From NCBI RefSeq assembly GCF_000020025.1, contig NC_010628.1, forward strand, positions 5,250,001-5,282,000: a stretch of 32,000 nt of DNA, written 5' to 3'. A model generated the notes under the pieces. That model ran no database searches. It was not told the DNA's origin and worked only from the letters and a program-made list of their open reading frames with translations. How positions within the stretch are numbered: the first letter of the stretch is position 1; every line of letters begins with the position of its first letter. Below, piece after piece: positions 9,471-19,005 of the stretch. Source of the stretch: Nostoc punctiforme PCC 73102. GTDB lineage: Bacteria > Cyanobacteriota > Cyanobacteriia > Cyanobacteriales > Nostocaceae. The translations under genes were made by a program, and so were the position numbers.

Positions 9471-9789
9471 TTTGGATGTTGTAGCACAATTTTTAACTTG
9501 AGTAATTTTATAATGTGCTGCTCTCTGATTGCATAAATTATCCCAGGTGGAAAACTAACTATTCGGCAATACGCTTGGATTAAAAGTTATTGGTGTAGAT
9601 AATTGATCTTTGAAGACGGGAAAATCACCTCTCTACATGAGGGTTTTGGGCTTATCTGAACTGTATTGAACTATTCGGTAGCTTCTTTCTTGTCTTTTTT
9701 AATGGCAAATATCTGGAATTATCTTGTAGTTACGCTTTAGCGAAGACAGCGCGACCAAAAACCATAATAATTTATTCATGCCAACTTTC

Positions 9790-10599
9790 TTAAGACTGAA
9801 TTTCGCTCATGAAGTCGATTGCTTTTTGGTGAAATATTGTGTTTTGATGCTTTAAAGCAATTTGGGCTGACTCTTGGATATCAGCGATCGCTTCCTCTCG
9901 ATTTCCTAAGCGATGGCTCGCCAAACCCCTTGCGTAGAAAGCAAATTCATCCTCAGAATATATTTCACCTCTACCCACTGCTTCAATGTGCTTTGCTTCA
10001 TTAAAATCTGCAAATGCACCTTGCTCATCTCCTAACTCATAACACGCATTACCCCGCACATAGTAAGCAGCTATTAAATTGGGATCTACATAAAGAGCCT
10101 TGGTTAAGTGCTTAATGGCTTGGCTATTAATACCCTGAGAATATTGCAGAATGCCCAAATTGTAGTAAGAAACAGCAGAACGTTCCATGCTGGCTATCAG
10201 ACTGAAATCTTCTAGCGCACCTTGATAGTTACCAGAGTAAAAACAAGCTGCACCTCGTCCAAAATAGGCTCGTACATATTGCGGATCTAATTGAATTGCA
10301 CGATTACAATCTTCAATTGCACTTTGATTATCGCCTATTGCTGCACGAGCAACACCACGTTCAGCATAAGCCTGAGCATATTGAGGACTCAGCCGGATTG
10401 TTTCATTAAAGTCTTCAATTGCATTTTGATAATCCTTTGTCAGTGAACGAGCCACACCACGACTTAGATATGATGTCAAATCCTCTGAATTTTGTAAAAT
10501 TGCCTGAGTGTAATTTTCAATAGCTCCTTGATAGTCGCCAGAATTATAAAGTATATAACCAAGGCTAGAGTATCCAAAAGCAAACATTAAATTGAGCAT
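9790..10599 (-). CDS. Tetratricopeptide (TPR) repeat protein
   Basis: 269 aa made of about seven 34-aa repeats of the form GDYQGAIEDFNxAIxLxPxYAxAYxxRG. Confidence 0.82.
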   Translation of the reverse strand: MLNLMFAFGYSSLGYILYNSGDYQGAIENYTQAILQNSEDLTSYLSRGVARSLTKDYQNAIEDFNETIRLSPQYAQAYAERGVARAAIGDNQSAIEDCNRAIQLDPQYVRAYFGRGAACFYSGNYQGALEDFSLIASMERSAVSYYNLGILQYSQGINSQAIKHLTKALYVDPNLIAAYYVRGNACYELGDEQGAFADFNEAKHIEAVGRGEIYSEDEFAFYARGLASHRLGNREEAIADIQESAQIALKHQNTIFHQKAIDFMSEIQS

Positions 10600-10702
10600 T
10601 GGTTTATAAAAGCTTATGACACTAGTATTATTCCCAAGTCAATGAATTGAACATCATAACCTTTGCTCTGCTGTTTTGTGACTGCACACAATTTCCCACA
10701 AA

Positions 10703-11473
10703 CTATGGAAATTTCCGATCGCGCACTTCCACGGCATAATCTTGCACAGCCTTGGTAATCGTCTCTCGCAAGTTGGTGTAAACCTTGGCGAACGGTGGAT
10801 GTTTTTCAGCCAGTCCGATTACATCCGAGGTAACTAAAACTTGTCCATCGCAGTGAGTTCCCGCACCGATACCAATTGTCGGAATACTTAATTTTTGTGT
10901 AATCTGCATTGCCAAATCTGCGGGGATATGCTCTAAAACTATAGAAAATACACCTGCTTGTTCGAGAGCGATCGCTTCAAGTAAAATTCTCTCACTCGCT
11001 TCTTGGGTTTTCCCTTGTTGTCGCAAACCGAGTTGATGTACCGATTGTGGTGTCAAACCTACATGACCCATTACCGGAATTCCAGCTTGTACCAAACGAG
11101 CAATAGTTTCTGCGATCGCTGGATAGCCACCCTCCAATTTTACCGCTTGAGCGCCCGTTTCCTTCAGTACCCGCCCAGCTGAGTGCATCGCTTGTTGAAG
11201 ACTTTCTTGATACGTCAAAAATGGTAAATCTACCACCACTAATGCGCGTTTAACCCCACGACGCACAGATTTGGCGTGGTATATCATCTCATCCAAAGTT
11301 ATCGGCAGTGTTGTGTCATACCCTAAAACTACTGCCATAGAGTCGCCCACAAGGATTAAGTCTACACCAGCTGCATCGATGAGTTGAGCGATCGCATAAT
11401 CCCAGGCGGTCAACGCGACAATTGAACGTCCCTGTTGTTTCCATTGAATTAATTGCTGGGTAGTGATTGCCAT
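10703..11473 (-). CDS. panB: 3-methyl-2-oxobutanoate hydroxymethyltransferase
   Basis: [46 protein letters not shown] and KLEGG motifs. The tracked ORF runs to 11533, but that extension is translated STRR repeat, so the Met at 11473 (MAITTQQL) is the likely start. Confidence 0.92.
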   Translation of the reverse strand: MAITTQQLIQWKQQGRSIVALTAWDYAIAQLIDAAGVDLILVGDSMAVVLGYDTTLPITLDEMIYHAKSVRRGVKRALVVVDLPFLTYQESLQQAMHSAGRVLKETGAQAVKLEGGYPAIAETIARLVQAGIPVMGHVGLTPQSVHQLGLRQQGKTQEASERILLEAIALEQAGVFSIVLEHIPADLAMQITQKLSIPTIGIGAGTHCDGQVLVTSDVIGLAEKHPPFAKVYTNLRETITKAVQDYAVEVRDRKFP

Positions 11474-11488
11474 TTTTCTAGGTGGGGG

Positions 11489-11523
11489 GTAGGGAGTAGG
11501 GAGTAGGGAGTGGGGATTAGGGA
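11489..11523. repeat. STRR heptamer array (gtaggga x3, gtgggga, ttaggga)
   Basis: Five tandem 7-bp units read directly in the sequence between the propeller gene stop (11552) and the panB start. It is followed by a partly complementary ccactccccactcaccactccc. Confidence 0.8.
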
Positions 11524-11551
11524 ATTTCACCACTCCCCACTCACCACTCCC

Positions 11552-12658
11552 TCATTTAACAGCGCGGCTGAAAGCAATATGGGTTTTTGCACTGTCCGTT
11601 TTGGGCATTAACCAAGCTAGACCTTCACTAGTGCCGATCCATAGTTTATTGCTGATGTCAGGTACAAGGGCAAGAACGCGACTAGAAGGAAGTCCAGCAA
11701 CTTCTGCATCTAACACAGCGCCTGTATTTGGATTTAATCGTAACAAACCATTGTTAGTTCCAACCCAGACACTACCATCTTTAGCAAAACGTACCGCCGT
11801 CACATCACGCCCACGTAAACGAGTTACAGACCGCAACACCGCACCAGTTTTTGGGTTAATAACTAGCAAATTATTCGGCATTCCGGCCCAAATTAAGCCT
11901 TCTGGACTGATAGCTAAAGCTTGGACAGTCGTCCCTGGTAAATCGGCAATCCGCTTCATAATCGAAGCACTAGCAGTATTTACCCGCACCAATCCATCAA
12001 GAGTGCCAACCCACAGTTGACCTTCAGCATCTAAAGTTAGGGTGTTGGCGCTGACACCAGGCAGATTTTTTACTGTTGTCATAATCAAACCTTGGTCAGG
12101 ACTAATTAGGGCTAAACCACTATCAGTTCCAGTCCACAAATAACCTCGTTTATCAAGTAACAGTGACAAAACCCGTTTAGAAGGCAAAAATAAATTCTGT
12201 GCGGTGATTTCATTAGTGCGAGGGTCTACTCGAACTAGTCCGCCATAACTTCCCACCCACAAACGTCCTACTTTGTCTTGGGCTAAAGCACCAATTGCAA
12301 CATTAGGTAAGCTAACACGAGAAATAATCTTGCCAGTTTTAGGATCGATCCGCGATAATCCCCGCCAAGAACCTACCCAAAGATTGCCTGTAACATCTGC
12401 TAGTAAGTTACCAACACGATAATCAGTTTCTGGCGAATTTTCTTGGACTCCCCGCTCATCGGGCAAGGATTCTACTCGCGGTGGCGGCGCAGAAGGTGGG
12501 TAAGCGGGGGTTAAATCAGATGATTTGATGTCAGGGGTTTTTTGTGCCCATCCCATACTGGGCACAGCTATCAACCCAAATAAGATAGAAGTAATCAATA
12601 AATTAGTACGCTTGCAAAACAATACCACAGTGATATTTCCTTTGGAGACAGTACCCAT
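11552..12658 (-). CDS. Secreted beta-propeller protein (two-component-regulator propeller / Reg_prop-type repeats)
   Basis: 368 aa with an N-terminal hydrophobic signal/anchor (LITSILFGLIAVPSMGWAQ), then about 7 repeats of the LWVGTxxGLxRxxPxTG pattern. Confidence 0.72.
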   Translation of the reverse strand: MGTVSKGNITVVLFCKRTNLLITSILFGLIAVPSMGWAQKTPDIKSSDLTPAYPPSAPPPRVESLPDERGVQENSPETDYRVGNLLADVTGNLWVGSWRGLSRIDPKTGKIISRVSLPNVAIGALAQDKVGRLWVGSYGGLVRVDPRTNEITAQNLFLPSKRVLSLLLDKRGYLWTGTDSGLALISPDQGLIMTTVKNLPGVSANTLTLDAEGQLWVGTLDGLVRVNTASASIMKRIADLPGTTVQALAISPEGLIWAGMPNNLLVINPKTGAVLRSVTRLRGRDVTAVRFAKDGSVWVGTNNGLLRLNPNTGAVLDAEVAGLPSSRVLALVPDISNKLWIGTSEGLAWLMPKTDSAKTHIAFSRAVK

Positions 12659-12720
12659 AGCTGTTATCTAAACTGGCTTTGGGTTAATTCCAGTGTTCCC
12701 CTAGCTGGGATTTTTTAAAC

Positions 12721-12946
12721 ATTGGGGATTGGGGAATAGGAAATAGGAAATAAATATTTAACGCCGTGTGCAACTTTCTCTCAAACCTAACCCCCAACCC
12801 CTTCCCTGGTAGTAAAGGGGAGCTAAAATTAAAGCCTATCGACCTTTCGGAGAGAGGAATGGAAGTGGGGTTTTAACAATAAGCCGCACATTGCGTTATT
12901 TAGGAATACTTTCTTATTACCCAATACCCAGTCCCCAATCCCCAAT
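12721..12946. mobile_element. MITE-like long inverted-repeat element with STRR termini, upstream of rbcL
   Basis: Perfect 15-bp termini: attggggattgggga (12721-12735) and tccccaatccccaat (12932-12946). Further imperfect arm pairing (taacgccgtgtgc versus gcacattgcgtta). The interior ccccaaccccttccc...ggggagc motif is typical of Nostoc small repeats. No ORF. Confidence 0.6.
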
Positions 12947-13599
12947 CTCCACACACTACTAATGACACGTTGTAAAGTATTTGTCACAAAATGTTAAATC
13001 TTTATGTAATAACAAAATTAAATAGATAAGTTAAAAACTTTGAAAGAATAACTTATCGAATTCTTGATATATTGTGAAATAAGTTACAAATTACGTGGTG
13101 TGCGATTTTTTATCTTTACGCTCATCACTCTGCTAAATCTATGTCAAGTAAATTCTTTTCTGGTATCTTTTCCATCAACGGAGAAGATATAGGGAGTGTA
13201 AAGGCGGGAATGTGTGCCAGCCAGCCCAATCCCCTAAATATCCCGATTTGTAGGGGAATTATCTAAATGCTAACCGCAAAATGCGGGAGTTTTGGTGAAA
13301 TTGAGAAGGTTTAGTCGGGTGCGAAGAAGAGGTAAAAAAGAATTTTGACTCGTAAGAAGAGGAAACAGTAGAAGCGCTAGGTCGTGTACCCCTAGAAGGG
13401 GATAACACTGGTGAGGAGGGCTACCACCGCTACCAAAGTGTCCGCCGCAAAAAAACTGCTACCCTTTGGCAAAAACAATCCCTAACAAAAATTTTGCCCA
13501 ATCTTCTCCCCGATGAAGGGGGGAAAAATCGGGTGAGGGGAAGTTGCACAAAACGTGATTTGATAATTAATTAAGAGTGATTTCAGGGAAGGATAAAAT

Positions 13600-15030
13600 A
13601 TGTCTTACGCTCAAACGAAGACTCAGAGCAAGTCTGGGTATCAAGCCGGGGTTAAAGATTACAGACTAACTTATTACACACCCGATTACACACCAAAAGA
13701 TACCGATCTTCTAGCTGCGTTCCGCATGACACCCCAGCCTGGTGTTCCTCCCGAAGAAGCAGGTGCGGCTGTAGCGGCTGAGTCTTCCACAGGTACTTGG
13801 ACAACTGTGTGGACAGACTTGCTCACCGACCTCGATCGCTACAAAGGTCGTTGTTATGACATCGAACCAGTTCCCGGCGAAGACAACCAGTACATCTGCT
13901 ACGTTGCTTATCCTTTGGACTTGTTTGAAGAAGGTTCTGTAACCAACGTATTAACCTCAATTGTAGGTAACGTATTTGGTTTCAAAGCTCTGCGGGCACT
14001 TCGTCTAGAAGATATCCGTTTCCCAGTAGCTTATATCAAGACCTTCCAAGGGCCTCCACACGGTATCCAAGTTGAGCGCGACAAGTTAAACAAATACGGT
14101 CGTCCTTTGCTGGGTTGTACCATTAAGCCCAAATTGGGTCTTTCCGCTAAGAACTACGGACGCGCTGTATACGAGTGCTTACGCGGTGGTTTGGACTTCA
14201 CCAAAGACGACGAAAACATCAACTCCGCACCATTCCAAAGATGGCGCGATCGCTTCTTGTTCGTAGCTGAAGCTATCAACAAGGCTCAAGCAGAAACAGG
14301 TGAAATCAAAGGTCACTACCTCAACGTCACCGCTCCTACTTGCGAACAAATGTTGCAACGGGCTGAGTACGCTAAAGAACTCAAACAGCCCATCATCATG
14401 CATGACTACCTGACCGCAGGTTTCACCGCCAACACCACATTGGCTCGTTGGTGCCGTGATAACGGTATCTTGCTGCACATTCACCGTGCAATGCACGCTG
14501 TAATTGACCGTCAAAAGAACCACGGTATCCACTTCCGTGTATTGGCTAAAGCCCTACGTTTGTCTGGTGGTGACCACATCCACACCGGCACCGTAGTTGG
14601 TAAGTTGGAAGGTGAGCGCGGCATCACAATGGGCTTCGTTGACCTGTTGCGTGAAAACTACATTGAGCAAGACAAGTCTCGTGGTATTTACTTTACCCAA
14701 GACTGGGCTTCTCTACCTGGTGTAATGGCAGTTGCTTCTGGTGGTATCCACGTATGGCACATGCCCGCGCTAGTAGAAATCTTTGGTGATGACTCCGTAC
14801 TACAATTCGGTGGTGGTACTCTGGGACACCCTTGGGGTAATGCTCCTGGTGCTACAGCTAACCGCGTCGCCTTGGAAGCTGTTGTTCAAGCTCGTAACGA
14901 AGGCCGTAACTTGGCTCGTGAAGGTAACGATATTATCCGCGAAGCTGCCAAGTGGTCTCCTGAACTAGCTGTTGCTTGCGAACTGTGGAAAGAAATCAAG
15001 TTCGAGTTTGAAGCAATGGATACCGTCTGA
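13600..15030 (+). CDS. rbcL: Ribulose-1,5-bisphosphate carboxylase/oxygenase large subunit (form IB)
   Basis: 476 aa, unmistakable RbcL: [31 protein letters not shown] (the carbamylated Lys region), [17 protein letters not shown]. Confidence 0.99.
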   Translation: MSYAQTKTQSKSGYQAGVKDYRLTYYTPDYTPKDTDLLAAFRMTPQPGVPPEEAGAAVAAESSTGTWTTVWTDLLTDLDRYKGRCYDIEPVPGEDNQYICYVAYPLDLFEEGSVTNVLTSIVGNVFGFKALRALRLEDIRFPVAYIKTFQGPPHGIQVERDKLNKYGRPLLGCTIKPKLGLSAKNYGRAVYECLRGGLDFTKDDENINSAPFQRWRDRFLFVAEAINKAQAETGEIKGHYLNVTAPTCEQMLQRAEYAKELKQPIIMHDYLTAGFTANTTLARWCRDNGILLHIHRAMHAVIDRQKNHGIHFRVLAKALRLSGGDHIHTGTVVGKLEGERGITMGFVDLLRENYIEQDKSRGIYFTQDWASLPGVMAVASGGIHVWHMPALVEIFGDDSVLQFGGGTLGHPWGNAPGATANRVALEAVVQARNEGRNLAREGNDIIREAAKWSPELAVACELWKEIKFEFEAMDTV

Positions 15031-15033
15031 TCT

Positions 15034-15187
15034 GAGTTAACAGTTAAGAGTTAAGAGTTAGAAGTAGAGACGCGACGCTAGTCGCTACAACAGGGGGAAC
15101 CCCCGCAACGCGCTAGCTCATTAGTCGCGTCTGTACAAGAGTTAGGATTTGCATTAATTCATAACTCATAACTCATAACTCATAACT
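15034..15187. repeat. rbcL-rbcX spacer: two STRR heptamer arrays flanking a compound hairpin
   Basis: gagttaa/cagttaa/gagttaa/gagttag heptamers (from 15034). Stem agacgcgac (15068-15076) pairs with gtcgcgtct (15124-15132), enclosing gggggaaccccc (15093-15104). Then cataact x4 (about 15158-15187). Confidence 0.8.
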
Positions 15188-15207
15188 CTTTAGGGCTGGG
15201 GTCAAGC

Positions 15208-15615
15208 ATGAATCTTAAGCAAATTGCGAAGGACACAGCCAAAACTCTCCAAAGCTATCTGACTTATCAGGCTCTAAGGACAGTATTGGCACAGCTAGGC
15301 GAAACGAATCCTCCATTAGAACTTTGGTTGCATAACTTTTCGTCTGGCAAAATTCAAAATGGTGAGTCATACATTGAGCAACTGCTGAGAGAAAAACCAG
15401 ATTTGGCTTTGCGAATCATGACTGTCAGAGAACACATTGCGGAAGAAATTGCAGAATTTTTACCAGAAATGGTTCGCACTGGCATTCAGCAAGCCAACAT
15501 GGAGCAACGTCGCCAGCATTTAGAACGCATCACACGAATAGACACATCTAACCCCAGTCTGCAACCAGAACAGCAAACAACTTCAGATCAGAATTTGGAT
15601 AACTTATCCAATTAG
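15208..15615 (+). CDS. rbcX: RuBisCO assembly chaperone RbcX
   Basis: 135 aa between rbcL and rbcS. The N-terminus MNLKQIAKDTAKTLQSYLTYQALRTVLAQL matches the conserved RbcX helix bundle. Confidence 0.92.
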   Translation: MNLKQIAKDTAKTLQSYLTYQALRTVLAQLGETNPPLELWLHNFSSGKIQNGESYIEQLLREKPDLALRIMTVREHIAEEIAEFLPEMVRTGIQQANMEQRRQHLERITRIDTSNPSLQPEQQTTSDQNLDNLSN

Positions 15616-15662
15616 TTCGCTCAACCTAGTAGTCAAAAATCGCAACCCATTATCAAAAAGCT

Positions 15663-15992
15663 ATGCAAACTTTACCAAAAGAGCGTCGTTACGAAACCCT
15701 TTCTTATCTGCCACCCCTGTCTGACGCTCAAATTGCCAAGCAGATTCAGTACATTTTGAATCAAGGTTACATTCCAGCGATCGAGTTCAACGAAACTTCT
15801 GAGCCAACAGAATTATATTGGACAATGTGGAAGTTGCCTTTGTTCGGTGCTAAATCCACTCAAGAAGTATTGAGCGAAGTTCAAGGATGCCGTTCTCAAT
15901 TTAACGGTAGCTACATTCGTGTTGTAGGTTTTGATAACATCAAGCAGTGCCAAGTTCTCAGCTTTCTTGTTCACAAACCCAACAGATACTAA
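15663..15992 (+). CDS. rbcS: RuBisCO small subunit
   Basis: 109 aa: [35 protein letters not shown]...[11 protein letters not shown], typical RbcS. Confidence 0.97.
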   Translation: MQTLPKERRYETLSYLPPLSDAQIAKQIQYILNQGYIPAIEFNETSEPTELYWTMWKLPLFGAKSTQEVLSEVQGCRSQFNGSYIRVVGFDNIKQCQVLSFLVHKPNRY

Positions 15993-16026
15993 AGCAAGCG
16001 TTGCTCTAAGTAATTAGTTTATCCCC

Positions 16027-16074
16027 ATAGGAGAGGTAGAATTATCTGCCTCTCCTATTTATTAGATTTTTTTT
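16027..16074 (+). terminator. Rho-independent terminator of the rbcLXS operon
   Basis: ataggagagg (16027-16036) pairs with cctctcctat (16049-16058), a 10-bp stem with a 12-nt loop, followed by ttattagatttttttt. Confidence 0.75.
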
Positions 16075-16135
16075 GAAATGCAGAGGGGCGCGGAGTTATT
16101 CTCTATGTGCCTCTACGTTTTTTAAGAGAGTAATA

Positions 16136-16774
16136 ATGCTGCCAGAAGTAAGAATTTGTTTTGTTGGTGACTCCTTCGTTAATGGCACTGGCGACTCAGA
16201 ATGTCTTGGTTGGACAGGGAGAGTATGTGCAAATGCTAATAAAAAAGGTTATGACATTACTTACTATAATTTAGGAATTAGGCGTGATACGAGTAGTGAT
16301 ATAGCAAAGCGTTGGTTACAGGAAGTATCACTTCGTTTGCCCAAAGAATATGATGGCAGAGTTGTGTTTTCTTTTGGATTGAATGACACAACAGTAGAAA
16401 ATGGGAAAACTCGCGTAGATTTGGTAGATTCTATCAGAAATGCCCGTGAAATTTTAATTAAAGCCAAATCGATGTATCCTGTTTTGATGATTGGGCTAGC
16501 ACCATACGAAGAACGAGAAGATCCTGGTAGAAAGCAGAGAATTACTAATTTATCTAAGCAATATGCTTCAATCTGTAAAGAATTAAATGTACCTTATTTA
16601 GACGTTTTTCCGATATTAGAAAAATCAAATATCTGGATTAATCAAGCAAGAGATAATGATGGTGTTCATCCAAGAGCAGGCGGTTATGCAGAATTTGCCC
16701 AAATCGTGGAAAATTGGGACGCTTGGTTAAATTGGTTTCCTCTGAACTTAATCGAGCATTCAAAGTTAGGATAG
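16136..16774 (+). CDS. SGNH/GDSL-family hydrolase (lipase/esterase)
   Basis: FVGDSFVNGTGD (block I, GDS), FSFGLNDT (GxND) and DGVHP (block V, DxxH). The tracked start at 16073 lies inside the rbcS terminator T-tract, so the Met at 16136 (MLPEVRICFVGDS) is preferred. Confidence 0.85.
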   Translation: MLPEVRICFVGDSFVNGTGDSECLGWTGRVCANANKKGYDITYYNLGIRRDTSSDIAKRWLQEVSLRLPKEYDGRVVFSFGLNDTTVENGKTRVDLVDSIRNAREILIKAKSMYPVLMIGLAPYEEREDPGRKQRITNLSKQYASICKELNVPYLDVFPILEKSNIWINQARDNDGVHPRAGGYAEFAQIVENWDAWLNWFPLNLIEHSKLG

Positions 16775-16811
16775 TGGTAGCACCTGATTTTTATATCCAA
16801 AGGTGGTAATT

Positions 16812-17039
16812 ATGCAGCAAATTACTCTAGCTGAAGCATCTCAAAATTTACCCGACTTAATTGAAGCAGCACTCAGTGGTGAGGAAATTATTATTATCAA
16901 AGATAATCAACCTTTGGTCAAGTTAACTCCTGTGCCGCCACTTAAACACCGTCCTAAGTATGGTAGTGCCAAAGGACTTATAACAATATCTGATGACTTT
17001 GATGAACCACTAGAAGATTTTAAGGAATATATGGAATGA
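16812..17039 (+). CDS. Type II antitoxin (Phd/YefM-like N-terminus) paired with VapC
   Basis: 75 aa from ATG 16812 (the tracked GTG 16803 is less likely). Has MQQITLAEASQNLPDLIE...IIIIKDNQPLVKLTPV and a C-terminal GSAKGLITISDDFDEPLEDF tail. The stop overlaps the vapC start (ATGA, 17036-17039). Confidence 0.7.
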   Translation: MQQITLAEASQNLPDLIEAALSGEEIIIIKDNQPLVKLTPVPPLKHRPKYGSAKGLITISDDFDEPLEDFKEYME

Positions 17040-17416
17040 GGCAGCTACTGGACACTCATATTTTTATTTGGTTTGTGATGGGTGATCCAAGAATCAGCGT
17101 TAGTATACGATCGCAAATTGAAAATAATGAAAATCTAGTGAGTCTTGCTAGTGTTTGGGAAATGGCAATCAAGCACAGCATTGGTAAACTCAACTTTGAT
17201 TTGGCTTTTGACGAGTTTATCGAACAGCAAATAATTAGGAATGGTATTGAATTACTGCCAATCACTATAAATCATATTACTGTTGTTGCGGCACTACCCT
17301 TACATCATCGTGACCCATTTGACCGAATTTTAATTGCACAAGCACTCGTAGAAAATATACCTATCCTGAGTGCTGATAAAATTTTTGATTTATATCCAAT
17401 AAGACGTATATGGTAG
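17036..17416 (+). CDS. vapC: PIN-domain type II toxin VapC
   Basis: 126 aa with the acidic PIN residues in LLDTHIFIW, SVWEMAIK and HRDPFDRILIAQA, and the 4-nt overlap with the upstream antitoxin. Confidence 0.85.
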   Translation: MRQLLDTHIFIWFVMGDPRISVSIRSQIENNENLVSLASVWEMAIKHSIGKLNFDLAFDEFIEQQIIRNGIELLPITINHITVVAALPLHHRDPFDRILIAQALVENIPILSADKIFDLYPIRRIW

Positions 17417-17501
17417 ATAGCGTTGCTTTTCTACCAAAAGATAAATAAACAGTCATCACCAAAAAAATTTAACATTATTGCAGTGCTAGGTAGAGAATTT
17501 T

Positions 17502-18779
17502 ATGGGTTACTATATCGCTCCCCGCTTTCTGGACAAACTTGCTGTCCACATCACCAAAAACTTTCTAAAGCTTCCTGGTGTGCGAGTTCCCGTGATTTTA
17601 GGTATTCACGGACGCAAAGGAGAAGGCAAAACATTTCAATGTCAATTAGTCTTCGAAAAAATGGGTATCGAAGTGACTCATGTCTCTGGTGGTGAATTGG
17701 AAAGTCCAGATGCAGGAGATCCAGCGCGGTTGATTCGGCTGCGCTATCGGGAAACAGCAGAACTGATCAAAGTACGCGGCAAAATGTGTGTACTGATGAT
17801 TAACGATTTAGATGCGGGGGCTGGACGCTTTGATGAAGGCACTCAATATACTGTAAATACGCAGTTGGTGAATGCCACACTAATGAATATTGCTGATAAT
17901 CCCACAGATGTGCAGTTGCCTGGAAGCTACGATTCCACACCTTTACATCGTGTACCGATTATTGTTACAGGTAATGATTTCTCTACTCTCTATGCACCAT
18001 TAATTCGGGATGGACGGATGGAGAAATTTTATTGGGAACCCGACAGAGATGACAAGGTGGGGATTGTCAAAGGGATTTTTGAACCAGATGGATTGTCACA
18101 AAAGGAAGTTGAACAGCTAGTTGATACTTTTGTCAATCAGTCCATTGACTTTTTTAGCGCTTTGCGATCGCGCATTTATGACGAACAAATCCGCAACTAC
18201 ATCCATCAAGTAGGTTTTGAGCGGGTATCCTTGAGTGTGGTTAACAGCACAGAAGGGCCACCAGAATTTAAAAAGCCAGATTTCAGGCTGTCTCACTTAA
18301 TCGAGTCTGGTAACTTCCTCGTTGGTGAACAAAAACGGGTGGAAAATTCCCATTTGGTTGATGATTACAACCGACTCAATCGAGGTAGAAATTCCCAATC
18401 TGCATCACCTGCTGCGACACCAATTAATCAGCCTTCAAGTAATGGTGCAACTCAAGAAGCAAAAACTAATGGAAATGGATTCCAGAAACAGGAAGGATTG
18501 AGTTCACATTTGACCTTGGATACACAAGCTCAAATTAGGCAATTATTGTCTCAAGGTTACAAAATCAGTATTGAACACGTAGATGAGCGTCGCTTCCGCA
18601 CAGGTTCATGGCAAACTTGTGTTCATAGCCATATTGATGCAGAGTCTGATGCAATCTCAAACTTGGAAGCAACTTTGGCAGAATATAGCGGTGAATATGT
18701 GCGCTTGGTAGGTATCGATCCGAAAGCCAAGCGGCGGGTGGTGGAAACGATTATTCAACGTCCAGATGGGAAAAATTAG
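17502..18779 (+). CDS. rca: RuBisCO activase (AAA+) with C-terminal RbcS-like (SSUL) domain
   Basis: Walker A GIHGRKGEGKTF, Walker B VLMINDLDAG, and TGNDFSTLYAPLIRDGRMEKFYW. A low-complexity linker (aa about 295-334) is followed by a domain resembling RbcS (YKISIEHVDERRFRTGSWQT...YVRLVGIDPKAKRRV). Confidence 0.94.
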   Translation: MGYYIAPRFLDKLAVHITKNFLKLPGVRVPVILGIHGRKGEGKTFQCQLVFEKMGIEVTHVSGGELESPDAGDPARLIRLRYRETAELIKVRGKMCVLMINDLDAGAGRFDEGTQYTVNTQLVNATLMNIADNPTDVQLPGSYDSTPLHRVPIIVTGNDFSTLYAPLIRDGRMEKFYWEPDRDDKVGIVKGIFEPDGLSQKEVEQLVDTFVNQSIDFFSALRSRIYDEQIRNYIHQVGFERVSLSVVNSTEGPPEFKKPDFRLSHLIESGNFLVGEQKRVENSHLVDDYNRLNRGRNSQSASPAATPINQPSSNGATQEAKTNGNGFQKQEGLSSHLTLDTQAQIRQLLSQGYKISIEHVDERRFRTGSWQTCVHSHIDAESDAISNLEATLAEYSGEYVRLVGIDPKAKRRVVETIIQRPDGKN

Positions 18780-18854
18780 GAACAGATAATTGAGAAAGAG
18801 CGATCGCTTTTGTCAATTCTCAAGCAACTGGAAAAAGATACTTCCTCAATTTCG

Positions 18855-18978
18855 GGACTTACGCAAAAAATAGTCCAAAGCTTGATGTAGGGACAATACC
18901 GTATGGGTATTAACTCGTAGAGTAGACGTAAAGCGTCTACATTAATTGCCCCTACCGCCTGTCGTTTTGCGTAAGTCC
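18855..18978. mobile_element. MITE-like element with ggacttacgcaaaa termini
   Basis: Perfect 14-bp inverted termini: ggacttacgcaaaa (18855-18868) and ttttgcgtaagtcc (18965-18978). Inner hairpin gtagacg (18923-18929) pairs with cgtctac (18934-18940). Lies just downstream of rca. Confidence 0.6.
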
Positions 18979-19005
18979 TAAATTTGATAGCTGAATCCTT
19001 ATACC

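Noticed and set aside
9819-10004. 61-aa + strand ORF inside the TPR gene
   Set aside because: It is antisense to a clearly periodic TPR coding sequence.
11474-11533. N-terminal extension of panB ([20 protein letters not shown])
   Set aside because: The extension is simply the STRR heptamer array read in frame. The conserved PanB sequence begins at the Met at 11473.
11601-12020. 139-aa + strand ORF opposite the propeller gene
   Set aside because: It is antisense to a repeat-structured CDS, and its Arg/Ser/Thr-rich composition is typical of shadow frames.
13000-13599. Attempt to call the rbcL promoter and NtcA-type (GTA-N8-TAC) sites
   Set aside because: I could not find a convincing GTA-N8-TAC palindrome or an unambiguous -35/-10 pair by eye. 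Calling one without TSS data would be invention.
14179-14968. ORFs 14179-14532 (-) and 14783-14968 (+) within rbcL
   Set aside because: rbcL is unambiguous. These are alternative-frame artefacts.
16073-16135. Upstream start (16073) for the SGNH hydrolase, and antisense ORF 16264-16467
   Set aside because: The 16073 start lies inside the rbcLXS terminator T-tract. The catalytic GDS block follows directly after the Met at 16136. The antisense ORF has no support.
17423-17695. 90-aa ORF overlapping the rca start in another frame, and the 17056-17265 (-) ORF inside vapC
   Set aside because: Both overlap well-supported genes in other frames and have no motifs.
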